A program made the translations under genes and the position numbers. The notes beneath the pieces were generated by a model, which was not told where the DNA came from, ran no database searches, and saw nothing but the letters and a program-made list of their open reading frames with translations. A stretch of 64,000 nucleotides of DNA. Origin: Chiloscyllium plagiosum. Its lineage: Eukaryota. The stretch lies in assembly GCF_004010195.1 (NCBI RefSeq), contig NC_057752.1, positions 14,475,355 through 14,539,354 on the forward strand. The letters run 5' to 3'. Numbering within the stretch: the first letter of the stretch is position 1; every line of letters begins with the position of its first letter. Shown here piece by piece: positions 23,380 through 35,486 of the stretch.

Positions 23380-25360
23380 CCGACATGCAGATCTGGCCTA
23401 CATGTGACACCAGACCCACAGCAAACGTGGTTGACTCTTAACTGCCCTTTGAAATGGCCGAGCAAATCACTCAGTTGTATCAGTCCACAAAAAAGACTCA
23501 ATGAAAATGGACCAACTGCTCAGCATCACCTTAAGTAATTGAAACGACAACAGTGAACATAGCCCTGCCGACCCTACAAAGTCGTCCTCACTAACATCTG
23601 GGAGCTAGGACCAATATTGAGAGAGTTATCCCAGACTAGTCAAGCAACAGCCTGACATTGTCTATAATGTATGATTCTGTAAGTATGACTATGTCCCAGA
23701 CACCACCATCACCATCCCTGGATACATCCTGTCCCACCGGCAAGACAGACCCAGCTGAGGTGGGGATACAGTCGGGAGGGAGTGATCCTAGGAGTCATCA
23801 GCACTGACTCCGGGCCCCATGAAGTCTCAAGGCTTCAGGTTAAACCTGGGCAAGGAACCCTCCTGCTGATTCCCACGTACTGTCCTCCCTCGGCTGATGA
23901 ATCGGTACCTCTCCGTGTTGAACAACACTTAGAGGAAGCACTGAGGGTGGCAAGGTCACAGAATGTACCCTGGGTGGGGGGTTTCAATGTTCACCACCAA
24001 GAGTGGCTCAGCAGCAGTATTACNNNNNNNNNNNNNNNNNNNNNNNNNNNNNNNNNNNNNNNNNNNNNNNNNNNNNNNNNNNNNNNNNNNNNNNNNNNNN
24101 NNNNNNNNNNNNNNNNNNNNNNNNNNNNNNNNNNNNNNNNNNNNNNNNNNNNNNNNNNNNNNNNNNNNNNNNNNNNNNNNNNNNNNNNNNNNNNNNNNNN
24201 NNNNNNNNNNNNNNNNNNNNNNNNNNNNNNNNNNNNNNNNNNNNNNNNNNNNNNNNNNNNNNNNNNNNNNNNNNNNNNNNNNNNNNNNNNNNNNNNNNNN
24301 NNNNNNNNNNNNNNNNNNNNNNNNNNNNNNNNNNNNNNNNNNNNNNNNNNNNNNNNNNNNNNNNNNNNNNNNNNNNNNNNNNNNNNNNNNNNNNNNNNNN
24401 NNNNNNNNNNNNNNNNNNNNNNNNNNNNNNNNNNNNNNNNNNNNNNNNNNNNNNNNNNNNNNNNNNNNNNNNNNNNNNNNNNNNNNNNNNNNNNNNNNNN
24501 NNNNNNNNNNNNNNNNNNNNNNNNNNNNNNNNNNNNNNNNNNNNNNNNNNNNNNNNNNNNNNNNNNNNNNNNNNNNNNNNNNNNNNNNNNNNNNNNNNNN
24601 NNNNNNNNNNNNNNNNNNNNNNNNNNNNNNNNNNNNNNNNNNNNNNNNNNNNNNNNNNNNNNNNNNNNNNNNNNNNNNNNNNNNNNNNNNNNNNNNNNNN
24701 NNNNNNNNNNNNNNNNNNNNNNNNNNNNNNNNNNNNNNNNNNNNNNNNNNNNNNNNNNNNNNNNNNNNNNNNNNNNNNNNNNNNNNNNNNNNNNNNNNNN
24801 NNNNNNNNNNNNNNNNNNNNNNNNNNNNNNNNNNNNNNNNNNNNNNNNNNNNNNNNNNNNNNNNNNNNNNNNNNNNNNNNNNNNNNNNNNNNNNNNNNNN
24901 NNNNNNNNNNNNNNNNNNCTGTAACCTCATGGCCCGGCATATCCCCCACTCAACCATTACCATCAAGCCAGGGGATCAACCCTGGTTCAATGGAGAGTGC
25001 AGGAGGGCATGGCAGGAGCAGCACTAGGCATTCCTGAAGATGAGATGTTAACCTGGTGAAGCCACCAAACAGGATTACTTGCACGCCAAACAGCAAAAGC
25101 AGCAAGTGACAGACAGAGCTAAGTGATCCCACAATCACTGGATCAGATCTAAGCTCTGCAGTGCTGCCACATCCAGTCGTGAATGGTGGTGGGGGGATTA
25201 AACAACTCACTGGAGGAGGAGCCCCCACAAATATCCCCAACCTCAATGATGGAGGAGCCCAGCACATCAGGGCAAAAGGTCAGGCTGAAGCTTTCACAGC
25301 AATCTTCAGCCAAAAGTGCTGAGTGGATGATCCACCTCGGCCTCCTCCAGTGATTCCCAA
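23380..25360 (+). mobile_element. Second LINE family, ORF2 endonuclease region (degenerate, spans gap)
   Basis: PDTTITIPGYILSHRQDRP, YCPPSADES, WVGGFNVHHQEWL, KPGDQPWFNGECRRA. Confidence 0.85.
24024..24918. other. Assembly gap
   Basis: Run of N. Confidence 0.99.
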
Positions 25361-25850
25361 ATTCTGGGCTTGAAAATTGCAGCAGAGGGATACAATTGAA
25401 AAGGAGCAGGTTGTTTTTCTCCGAACAGAGGGAGCTGAGGGGTTACTTAATCGATGTTATAGAGTGAGCAGGGAAAATCTGTTTTCCCCTAGCAGAGAGG
25501 TCAATTAGCAGGGGGCACAGATTTAAGGTGCTGGGGGTGGGGGGGATGAAGGAGTCCAGAGTCAAATCAAGACAGAAACCAGAACCAAATACTTAACAAG
25601 TAAACTCAGTCTTTGAACACAAACTCCTGAGAATGTCAGTTTGGTCCTCTGAGAGCAACTTGGAACACAGAGTCAGAGAGAAAGCAGATAACAAGGAATC
25701 AAAGTGAGAGACAGAGCTGATAAACACCTCGGCAAGGAGTAAAAAGTGACCGAGTGAAAAGAACCCAGAGGACAGAGAGGATAGGAAAAGCCGAGCTCAG
25801 GGATCGGTGATGGAGGTGCTCAACTTCTTAAAAATAACAATGCTTTGTAC

Positions 25851-25884
25851 CTGTTGGCTCGCTCTTCTCCTTCTTGAATGACAT
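25851..25884 (-). CDS. SLC11A2: Candidate upstream coding exon of SLC11A2 (1A-like), MSFKKEKSEPT
   Basis: ttaaccATG TCA TTC AAG AAG GAG AAG AGC GAG CCA ACA G|gtacaa; phase 1, in frame with both 22506 and 17193; resembles the 22441-22474 segment. Confidence 0.6.
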
Positions 25885-26274
25885 GGTTAAAGCAGTCTGT
25901 CGCAACCTGGAGCGCTCGGTAACAGCTCGTTCCCTGGAATGGACGTGAGCAAACATTCAGTGGGATGTGAGAGAGCAGTGGGGAGGAGGTGGGGGGTAGC
26001 GGTGAATCAGCAAACCTCTTAGGTGTCAAAGTGAGTTTCATCCGTAGAGTAGCTGAGGCACAGGAAAAACTGCCAGACTATTTGGTCAGAGAACAGCCTG
26101 AGTTTTTATTTTTGGTGGGAGGGTACGATTGTGGGCAGGACAGGGACTGAGTGCAACTTGAAGGTTCCAGGCAAACCTTTCAGCTGGGCTTTCTGTTTAA
26201 CCTTGACACCTTAATCGCCCGTGGCAAAACAACAAGAGGAATAAATCATTGGGAAATGTAGCAAACATGTCAGG

Positions 26275-26275
<1 letters not shown>

Positions 26276-26315
<40 letters not shown>
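26276..26315 (+). repeat. G40 homopolymer
   Basis: 40 consecutive G; length may be a sequencing artefact. Confidence 0.9.
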
Positions 26316-26316
<1 letters not shown>

Positions 26317-26499
26317 GAGCACAGTGCCAGGGCATACTCAAACCAAACCAGTTTCACAGCTGCCCGCCCAACTGAGGGATCATTCTGAGCTCCACCGTGC
26401 TATTGCACAAGGTGTCAAACAGAGGGCAGAGAGGGCGGGTATGCACATCGGTGCCAGCGTCCTACTTCTGCTCACACATTAATCAGGGTGATGCAGTTT

Positions 26500-27030
26500 T
26501 GCCGGAAACAGGCCCAGTCGGTCCCACTCTGACCAGATATCCCAACCCAATCTCGTCCCATTTGCAGCACCCGGCCCATATCCCTCTAAACCCTTCCTAT
26601 TCATACACCCATCCAGATGCCTCTATAATGTTGTAATTGTACCAGCCTCCACCACATCCTCTGGCAGCTCATTCCCCTGCGTGAAAAAGTTGCTCCTTAG
26701 GTCTCTTTTATATCTTTCCCCTCTCACCCTGAACCTATACCCTCTAGTTCTGGACTCTCCCACCCCAGGGAAGAGACTTTGTCTATTTACCATATCTATG
26801 CCCCTCATGATTTTATAAACCTCTATAAGGTCACCCCTCAGCCTCCGACGCTCCAGGGAAAACAACCTCAGCTTATTCAGCCTCTCCCTGTAGCTCAAAC
26901 CTTCTAACCCTGGCAACATCCTTGCAAATCTTTTCTGAACACTTTTGAGTTTCACACCATCCTTCCGATAGCAGGGAGACCAGAAATGCATGCAATATTT
27001 GAATACAAGCCTAACCAACATCTTGGACAG
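26500..27030 (-). mobile_element. CR1 3' fragment
   Basis: YCMHFWSPCYRKD...RDLRSNFFTQ. Confidence 0.92.
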
Positions 27031-27044
27031 CCACAAGAAGACAG

Positions 27045-28060
27045 AGGGAGATGGTTGATGGGTAATGTTCATCCTGGAGTTCAGTTACTAGTAGTGTACT
27101 GCAAGGATCTGTTTTGGGGCCACTGCTGTTTGTCATTCTTATAAATGACCTAGATGAGGGCGTAGAAGGATGGGTGAGTAAATTTGCAGATGACACGAAA
27201 GTCAGTGGAGTTGTGGACAGTGCTGAAGGATGTTGTGGGTTACAGAGAGACATAGATAAGCTGCAGAGCTGGGCTAAGAGGTGGCAAATGGAGTTTAATG
27301 TGGAAAAATGTGAGGTGATTCACTTTGGAAGGAGCAACAGGAATAAAGAGTGCTGGGCTAATGTTAAGATTCTTGGCAGTGTAGATGACCAGAGAGATCT
27401 CAGTGTCCATGTGCATAGATCCCTGAAAGTTGCCACCCAGGTTGATAGGGTTGTTAAGAAGGCATATGGTGTGTTAGCTTTTATTCGTAGAGGGATTGAG
27501 TTTCGGAGCCACGAGGTCATGCTGCAGCTGCACAAAACTCTGGCGCAGTCACACTTGGAGTACTGCGTACAGTTCTGGTCACGGCATTATAGGAAGGATA
27601 TGGAAACTTTGGAAAGGGTTCAGAGGAGATTTACAAGGATGTTGCCTGGCATAGAGGGAAGGTCTTATGAGGAAAGGCTGGAGAGACTTGAGGCTGTTTT
27701 TATTAGAGAGAAGAAGGTTGAGAGGTGACTTAATTGAGACATATAAGGGTGGACAGTGACAGCCTTTTTCCTCGGATGGTGATGGCTAGCACGAGGGGAC
27801 ATAGCTTGAAATTGAGGAGTGATAGATATAGGACAGATGTCAGAGGTAGTTTCTTTACTCAGAGTAGTAGGGGCGTGGAACGGCCTGTCTGCAACAGTAT
27901 TAGAGTCACCAACCTTAAGGGCATTTAAATGGTCATTGGATAAACATATGGATGACAATGGAATAGTGTAGGATAGATGGGCTTCAGATTGGTTCCACAG
28001 GTCGGTGCAACATCAAGGGCCAAAGGGCCTGTACTGTGCTGGAATGTTCTATGTTCTATG
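27045..28060 (+). mobile_element. CR1 RT C-terminus and 3' UTR
   Basis: GPLLFVILINDLDEGVEGWVSKFADDTK...; (GTTCTAT)n tail. Confidence 0.93.
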
Positions 28061-29430
28061 ACATGACCTCCCAACTCCTATACTCAATGCACTAACAATA
28101 AAGGAAAGCATACCAAACACATTCTTCACTATCCTATCTACCTGCGACTCCACTTGTAAGGAACTATGAACCTGCACTCCAAGGTCTCTTTGTTCAGCAA
28201 CATTCCCTAGGAACTTACCACTGAGTGTATAAGTCCCACCCTGATTTGTCTTTCCGAAATGCAGCACCTCACATTTATCTAAACTAAACTCCATTTGCCA
28301 CTCCTTGGCCCATCTGATCAAGATCCTGTTGTACTCTGAGGTAACCTTCTTCACTGTCCACTACACCTCCAAATTTTGGTGTCATCTGCAAAATTACTAA
28401 CCATACCTCTGATGTTCACATTCCAAATCTTTTATATAAATGATGAAAAACAGTGGACCCAGCACCAATCCTTGTGACACACCGCTACTCACAGCCCTCC
28501 AGTCTGAAATGCAATTCTCCACTATCATCCTCTGTCTTCTACCTTCGAGCCAGTTCTGTATCCAAATGGCGAGTCCTCCCTGTATTCCATGAGATCTAAG
28601 CTTGCTAACTAGTCTCCCATGGAGAACGTTATCAAACACCTTACTGAAGTCCACATAGATCACATCTACCGCTCTGCCCTCATCAATCCTCTTTGTTACT
28701 TCTTCAAAAAACTCAATCAAATTGGTGAGACATGATTTCTCACGCACAAAGCCATGTTGACTATCCTAATCAGTCCTTGCCTCTCCAAATACATGTACAG
28801 CCTGTCCCTCAGGATTCTCTCCAACAATTTGCCCACCACCAAGGTCAGGCTCACCGGTCTATAGTTCCCTGCCTTGTCTTTACCATCTTTATTAAATAGA
28901 GGGACCACATTAGCCAGCCTCCAGTCTTCCAGCACCTCACCTGTGACTATCAATGATACAAATGCAAGAGCCCAGCAACCACTTCCTGAACTTCCCACAG
29001 AGTTCAAGGTACATCTGATCAGGTCCTGGGGATTTATCCACCTTTATGTGTTTTAAGATGACCAGCACCTCCTCCTCTGTAGTATGGACACTTTTTAACA
29101 TGCTGCTGTTTATTTCCCTATATTCTCTATATTGCATGTCCTTCTCCACAGTAAACACTGATGCAAAATACTCTTTAACATCTCCCCCATCTCCTGTGGT
29201 TCCACAGGAATGGCACATGCCATTCCTGAAGAAGGGCATGTGCCCGAAACGTCGAATCTTCTGTTCCCTAGATGCTGCCTGACCTGCTGTGCTGTTCCAG
29301 CAATAAAGTTTCAGCTCCACACATAGTCTGCCTTGCTGATCTTTAAGGGGCCCTATTCTCTTCCTAGCTACCCTTTTGTCCTTAATGTATTTGTAGAATC
29401 CCTTTGGATTCTTCTTTACCCTATTTACCA
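28061..29430 (-). mobile_element. CR1 ORF2 RT region (degenerate)
   Basis: [43 protein letters not shown]. Confidence 0.92.
29222..29257 (+). ncRNA. Minimal type I hammerhead motif in a short Penelope-like insertion (about 29205-29312)
   Basis: ATTC-CTGAAGA-A-GGGCA-TG-TGCCC-GAAA-CG-TC-GAAT: stem I AUUC/GAAU, stem II GGGC/GCCC. Confidence 0.7.
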
Positions 29431-29789
29431 AAGCCCTTTAGGGAAGGAAACTGCCATCCTTACCTGGTCTGGGCCTACATGTGACTCCAGACCCACAGCA
29501 ATGTGGTTGACTCTTAACTGCCCTCTGGGCAATTACAGATGGGCAATAAATGCTGGTCTGGACAGCGATGCCCTCACCCTGTGAGTGAATAAATGAATAT
29601 GCAATGCCAGTACTTATCCTATCTCTCTCTGTCTGTATCTCTCGCACTCTCTGTCCTCTGGTCAAATTCCGCCACACAGTTGGAGGTCTGGACTCACCTT
29701 CACATAAAGTGCATCAGTATGCATCTGTTGTATCTTTTGAACAATTCTGGAATGACCTGACAGGTCTCTGCTGTCTCATTTGCGAGATC

Positions 29790-30205
29790 ATCAGACATAG
29801 GAGCAAAAATAGACCATTCAGGCCATTCAATGAGGTCATGGCTGATCTGATCATCCCCAACTCCACTCTCCTGCCTTTTCCCCAATGCCCCTCGATTTCC
29901 TTCCTGATTAAAAATATGGCTATCTCCACCTTGAATACATTTAATGACCCAGCCTCGACAGATCTCTGTGGGAAAGAATTCCACCGATTCACTCCCCTTT
30001 GAGGGAAGAAATTCCTCCTCATCTCCGTCTGCAATGGGTGACCCCTTATTCTGGGATTGTACCCTCTGGTCCTAGACTCTCCCACAAGGGAAAACAACCT
30101 CTCCACATCCCCTCCTGTCAAGTCCCCTAAGAATCTTGGATGTTTCAACAAGATCGCCTCTCATTCTTCTAAACTCTCCTCATGAGACCGTCCCTCCATA
30201 CCCGC
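29790..30205 (-). mobile_element. CR1 3' fragment
   Basis: GESRTRGYNPRIRG...EMRRNFFPQRGVNRWNSFPQ. Confidence 0.88.
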
Positions 30206-30596
30206 TGCTGAGAGACCAGAGTTTACAGCTACAGCAGGGAAGAGAACTGTGACAAAAATACCAGCTGGCTGCCCAATGCCAACATGTTTCACCGGGGCAT
30301 TAGGAGGCTGGCCCTGACATCTCACTCAATCCTTTCACATGCCAATGAACCTGGTTATAGATGTCAGTATGAGCGCACTCTGATTCCGATCTGTGGGTAC
30401 AGGCTGCCCGTACAGCCTGGGGTTGAATGGAGGTGGGCATATAGTGGGAGCCAGCCACTGATATTCCCCCAGGGAATTAGCTGGGCCTCATGAAAGGGTA
30501 AAGGGTACAGAGGGCGTCCCTTGCAATTGGTGCCATTGGCTCACAGCTGATGCAGTGAGCAGCAAGTGCTCGGGTAAAAAGGCCCGACCTATCCTA

Positions 30597-31130
30597 TGTT
30601 ATGGACCAGGCCAGACTTCCCCTCAAAATATTTTAAGAAGGGAGCCCAGACTCTACCTTTTCTTATTGTAAAGGCAGATGTGAAGTGGGTATTCCAGGTG
30701 TGATGCAGCTGGTCAGACTACTCAGCTTTAAGCAAAACAGAATTTATTAACACACTACAGTTGAAATACAAACAAAAGAAACGGAATTTTGAATAATTTA
30801 ACTATTGAAAAACTCAACCGACTTGATACGGCAACTTAACTAAGGAGTTGTTCCAATTCCTGTAATATCCCTTAAACACACCTCTTGGTGAAAGGTAAAT
30901 TCTAACACAGGTTCTTACAGGCAGCAGAGATTTCAGAGAGAGAAATCAGTCAAGAATCATCTGCTTAACCTTTTTGCACTGCATCAGCTTCTCTGCTACA
31001 GCTAAACCAACCTAGACAAAACCTGAACTGGCGGAACTGGCCACTCCCCTGCCATTGTTCAAGTAGACATTTTCAGACATTTCGGCACCTCTGCCTTGGA
31101 CAAAATAACCTTGTTAAAGTGACAGCATCC
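30597..31130 (-). mobile_element. Probable solo LTR, related to 7674-8289
   Basis: Boundary TGTTATGGACCAG; minus-strand AATAAA near 30743; similarity to the 8150-8289 reverse complement. Confidence 0.5.
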
Positions 31131-31144
31131 ATTCATGTACATGC

Positions 31145-32930
31145 TAAGTGAAAAAGTTCTTTCTTGCATCACCCTTGCTTCTTTTGCACATCACTTTAAA
31201 TCCATTTCCGCTCGCTCTTTTTTCTTTTACAAGTGGGAATAGGTTTTGCCGATCTACACTGTCCAGGCCACTCATGATTCTGAAAATCTTCATCAATCTC
31301 CGCTCAGCCTTTTCCAGGGACAACAGTCCCAACTTCTTAAATCTATCCTCATCGCTGAAGTTTCTCAACCCTGGAACCATTCTTGTCAATCTGTTCTGCA
31401 CTCTCTCTCCAACAAGTTCACCGTATTGAGTACAGGAGTCAGGATGTCTGTACAGGACATTGGTGAGACCACTTTTGAAATACTGCATTCAATTCTCTTT
31501 GCCCCATGACATGAAGGTTGCTGTTAAACAAGAAATTGAACAGAAAAGACTTACAAGGATGTTGCCTGGACCAGAGGGTTTGAGTAATAGGGAGAGGCTG
31601 AAAAGGCTGGGGATACGTATTCCCTGGTGTGTAGGAGGCTGAGGGGTGACCTTATAGAGGTTTATAAAATCATGAGGGGCATGGATGGGGTAAATAGACA
31701 AGGTCTTTTTCCAAGGGTAGGGGAATCCAAAACTGGAGGGCATAGGTTTAAGGTGAGAGGGGGAAGATATAAAAGGAACCCGAGTGGCAACTTTTTCATG
31801 CAGAGGGTGGTGTGTGTATAGAATGAGCTGCCAGAAAAAGTGGTAGATGCAGGTACAGTGAAAATGTTTAAAAGGCTTTGGGAGGGGTACATGGACAGGA
31901 AAGGTTTAGAGGAATATGGGACAAATGCTGGCAAATGGGACTGGTTCAGTTCAGGAAACTTGGTTGGCCTGGACAAGTTGGACCGCTGTTTGACATTTTT
32001 ATAAATGACCTGAATGAAGTCATAGAAGGTTGGGTGAGTAAATTTGCGGATGACACTAAAGTCGGTGGAGTTGTGGACAGTGCTGAAGGATGTTGCAGAT
32101 TACAGAGGGACATAGATAAGCTGCAGAGCTGGGCCGAGAGGTGGCAAATGGAGGTTAATGTGGAAAAGTGTGAGGTGATTCACTTTGGAAGGAGCAACAG
32201 GAATACAGAGTACTGGGCTAATGGCAAGATTCTTGACAGTGCAGATGAGCAGAGAGATCTCAGTGTCCATGTACATAGATCCCTGAAAGTTGCCACCCAG
32301 GTTGATTGAGTTGTTAAGAAGGCATACATTGTGTTAGCTTTTATTGGTAGAGGGATTGAGTTTCAGAACCATGAGGTCACGCTGCAGCTGTACAAAACTC
32401 TGGTGCGGCTGCATTTGCAGTATTGGATACAGTTCTGGTCACTGCATTAGAGGGAGGATGTAGAAGCTTTGGAAAGGGTTCAGAGGATCTTGGATGTTAC
32501 CTGGTATGGAGGGAAGGTCTTATGAGGAAAGGCTGAGGGACTTAAGGCTGTTTTCACGAGAGAGGAGGTTGAGAGGTGACTTAATTGAGACATATAAGAT
32601 AATCAGAGGGTTAGATAGGATGGACAGTGAGAGCTTTTTTCCTCGGATGGTGATGGCTAGCACAAGGAGACATAGCTTTAAATTGAGGGGTGATAGATAT
32701 AGGATAGATGTCAGAGGTAGTTTCTTTACTCAGAGAGTAGTCGGGGTATGGAATACACTGCCTGCAACAGTAGTAGACTTGCCAACTTTCAGGGCATTTA
32801 AATAGTCATTGGATAGATATATGGATGAAAATGGAATAGTATAGAATAGATGGGCTTCAGATTGGTTCCACAGGTTGGTGCAACAGCAAGGGCCGAAGGG
32901 CCTGTACTGTGCTGTAATGTTCTATGTTCC
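31145..32930. mobile_element. Cluster of CR1 fragments (31145-31410 minus; 31440-31980 plus; 31983-32930 plus)
   Basis: CR1 ORF2 C-terminal peptides incl. SKFADDTK, RGDLIEVYKIM, FFTQRVV. Confidence 0.9.
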
Positions 32931-33569
32931 ATGTGTGTTTCTGTGCTGTATGACTCAAAGTCACTTTACTGGTGACCACAAAACTATCATTGGCTGTTGT
33001 GAAAGTCCAATGGTCAAGTGCAGCATGAGTACTGCTGAGAGAACTGCAGACAATTAATGCAGCTTGTAATTAGACAAAGCAATTTATACATTTGACAGAA
33101 TTGCCATTCAACAGCACTTTTGCATCTACAAAGCACGAGGAAGATCGCCTGAAACAATTTGACTTCATCAGGCTCTATAATCTGGCCTGTGATTGCCAGT
33201 AAAAAGTTGTTGCTGTTGCCAGGTTAGAGTGTCCTCTGGCCCATCCCATCCCTGGATTATGTGTACGCACATACACATTGCTTCGATTGTAATGAACGGG
33301 CCCCCGTAACCTGACCCTACATTCCCCAGTCATGAGGCTGCAGGAATGTTGTTGCTCAGCAACATGCCCCCAGGCTGTTTGGGCCTGATGGTTGAGGTGG
33401 AGCCTGGTGCTGGCTTATGGAGTTGGGGAATCTTCCTGAGAGGTATACGTCGGCCAATGACACGTATCTATCAATGAGCCGGGTAACCTCAGTTAACGCA
33501 AATCCACCCACCTCACACAATTGACAGCTGTCTATCGGAGGGCCAGGCAGACAATCTGAGGAGAAAAGA

Positions 33570-34220
33570 TAGTCATAGGGATGTACAGCACGGAAACAGA
33601 CCCTTCAGTCCAATTTGTCCATGCCAACCAGATATCCTAAATTAATCTAGTCCCATTTGCCAGCACTTGGCCCATATCCCTCTAAACCCTTCCTATTCAT
33701 ATACCCAACCAGATGCCTTGACACGTACCACCCTCTGCATGAAAAAGTTGTCCCTTAGGTCCCTTTTAAATCTTTCTATTCTCACCCTAAACCTATGCCC
33801 TCTAGTTCTGCACTCCCCTACCCTGGGGAAAAGACCTTGTCTACTTATCCTATCCATGCCTCTCATGATTTTAGAAACCTCTATAAGGTTACCCCTTAAC
33901 CTCTGATGTTCCAGGGAAAACAGCCCCAGTGTTTTCAGCCTCTCCCTATAGCTCAAATCCTCCAACCCTGGAAACATCTTTGTAAATCTTTTCTGAACAT
34001 GTTCAAGTTTCATAACACCCTTCCTATAGCAGGGAGACCAGAATTGCACATAATACTCCAAAAGTGGCCTATCCAATGTCCTGTACAGGTGCAACTTGAC
34101 CTCCCAACTCTTATACTCAATGCTCTGACCAATACAGGAAAGCATTCCAAACACCTTCATTACTATCCTATCTACCTGCAACTCCACTTTCAAGGAACGA
34201 TGAACCTGCACTCCAAGGTC
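33570..34220 (-). mobile_element. CR1 3' fragment
   Basis: DLGVQVHRSLKV...YYVQFWSPCYRK...RDLRDNFFMQRVV. Confidence 0.92.
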
Positions 34221-34644
34221 TTGACCAAATGCCTTTTGCAAAAGCTCCAAAGCAAAGCACCATCTTCATTAACTTTGCCTGAATTAGACAGGCTTTGTTG
34301 AAGCTGTTTTGAACCGAGCAGCGCGACCAGAATTGAACACAGTATTCAAAAAGTGGCCTAACAAATGTGCATAGATGGGGAAGGCAGATGTATGAGAGAG
34401 AGGAGGAGAGTTGGGGTGAGAGAGAGAATGGGGGAGAGAGAACATCGTGGTGGTGGACGTGCAGGAGCAATCCGTCGGCCAAGGACAAGATCCCAGTGTG
34501 GGGAGTCACTGTTTAGCAAAGGTGGGTGGATGTACTTCCATCCAGCCAGGCAGAACCAGAGAATCACTGACTTCCTGACCACCCCACCCCCCAACAACAC
34601 AGACTCTTCCTCTATTTCTCAGCCACCTGAAACCGCACAAAGAT

Positions 34645-35287
34645 GTTATGCTGGCCTTCATAACAAGAGGGTTTGAGTATAGAAGCAAAGAGGTTCTTCT
34701 GCAGCTGTACAGGGCCCTGGTGAGACCACACCTGGAGTACTGTGTGCAGTTCTGGTCTCCAAATTTGAGGAAAGACATTCTGGCTATTGAGGGAGTGCAG
34801 CGTAGGATCACGAGGTCAATTCCTGGAATGGCGGGACTACCTTACGCTGAAAGACTGGAGCGACTGGGCTTGTATACCTTTTGAGTTTAAAAGTCTGAGA
34901 GGGGATCTGATTGAGACATAAGATTATTAAAAAATTGGATACTCTGGAGGCAGGAAACATGTTTCCGCTGATGGGTGAGTCCCGAACCAGAGGACACAGC
35001 TTAAAAATACGGGGTAGACCATTTAGGACAGAGATGAGGAGAAACTTCTTCACCCAGAGAGTGGTGGCTGTGTGGAATGCTCTGCCCCAGAGGGCAGTGG
35101 AGGCCCAGTCTCTGGATTCATTTAAGAAAGAGTTGGATAGAGCTCTCAAGGATGGTGGAATCAAGGGTTATGGAAATAAGGCAGGAACAGGATACTGATT
35201 AAGGATGATCAGCCATGATCATAATGAATGGTGGTGCAGGCTCGAAGGGCAGAATGGCCTACTCCTGCACCTATTGTCTATTGTCTA
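34645..35287 (+). mobile_element. CR1 3' fragment
   Basis: MLAFITRGFEYRSKEVLLQLYRALVRPHLEYCVQFWSP; (TTGTCTA)n tail. Confidence 0.93.
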
Positions 35288-35486
35288 AAGATCTGCCTCA
35301 TTTCCTTCATTGGCATTCAGGCCACTTCGCTGAAAACTTCACCCTCCGATTCTTCCAACTGCTGCAAAAAGTAAATCTCTGGGGCCCTGTCTCAAATTCA
35401 GATCCCTTGTTCCCTAGTTTCTTCCAGCCTGGTTGCAGCCCCCTATAGCCAAGCTGTTGATCATCTCAGTGATCTACTGGATCTGC

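Noticed and set aside
23782..25037. Long ORFs of 300-380 aa
   Set aside because: Mostly X from the N gap; flanks are LINE sequence. The same applies to ORFs over the other gaps.
13239..25884. Iron-responsive element
   Set aside because: The DMT1 IRE is in the 3' UTR, which is not in this window; no convincing CAGUGN stem-loop noticed near the 5' exons.
26249..26482. Poly-glycine ORF
   Set aside because: Produced by the G40 homopolymer.
29690..29780. Extra SLC11A2 exon ending at GAAG|GTGAGT (29698)
   Set aside because: Good donor, but no clear acceptor or promoter and it is squeezed between repeats; unsupported.
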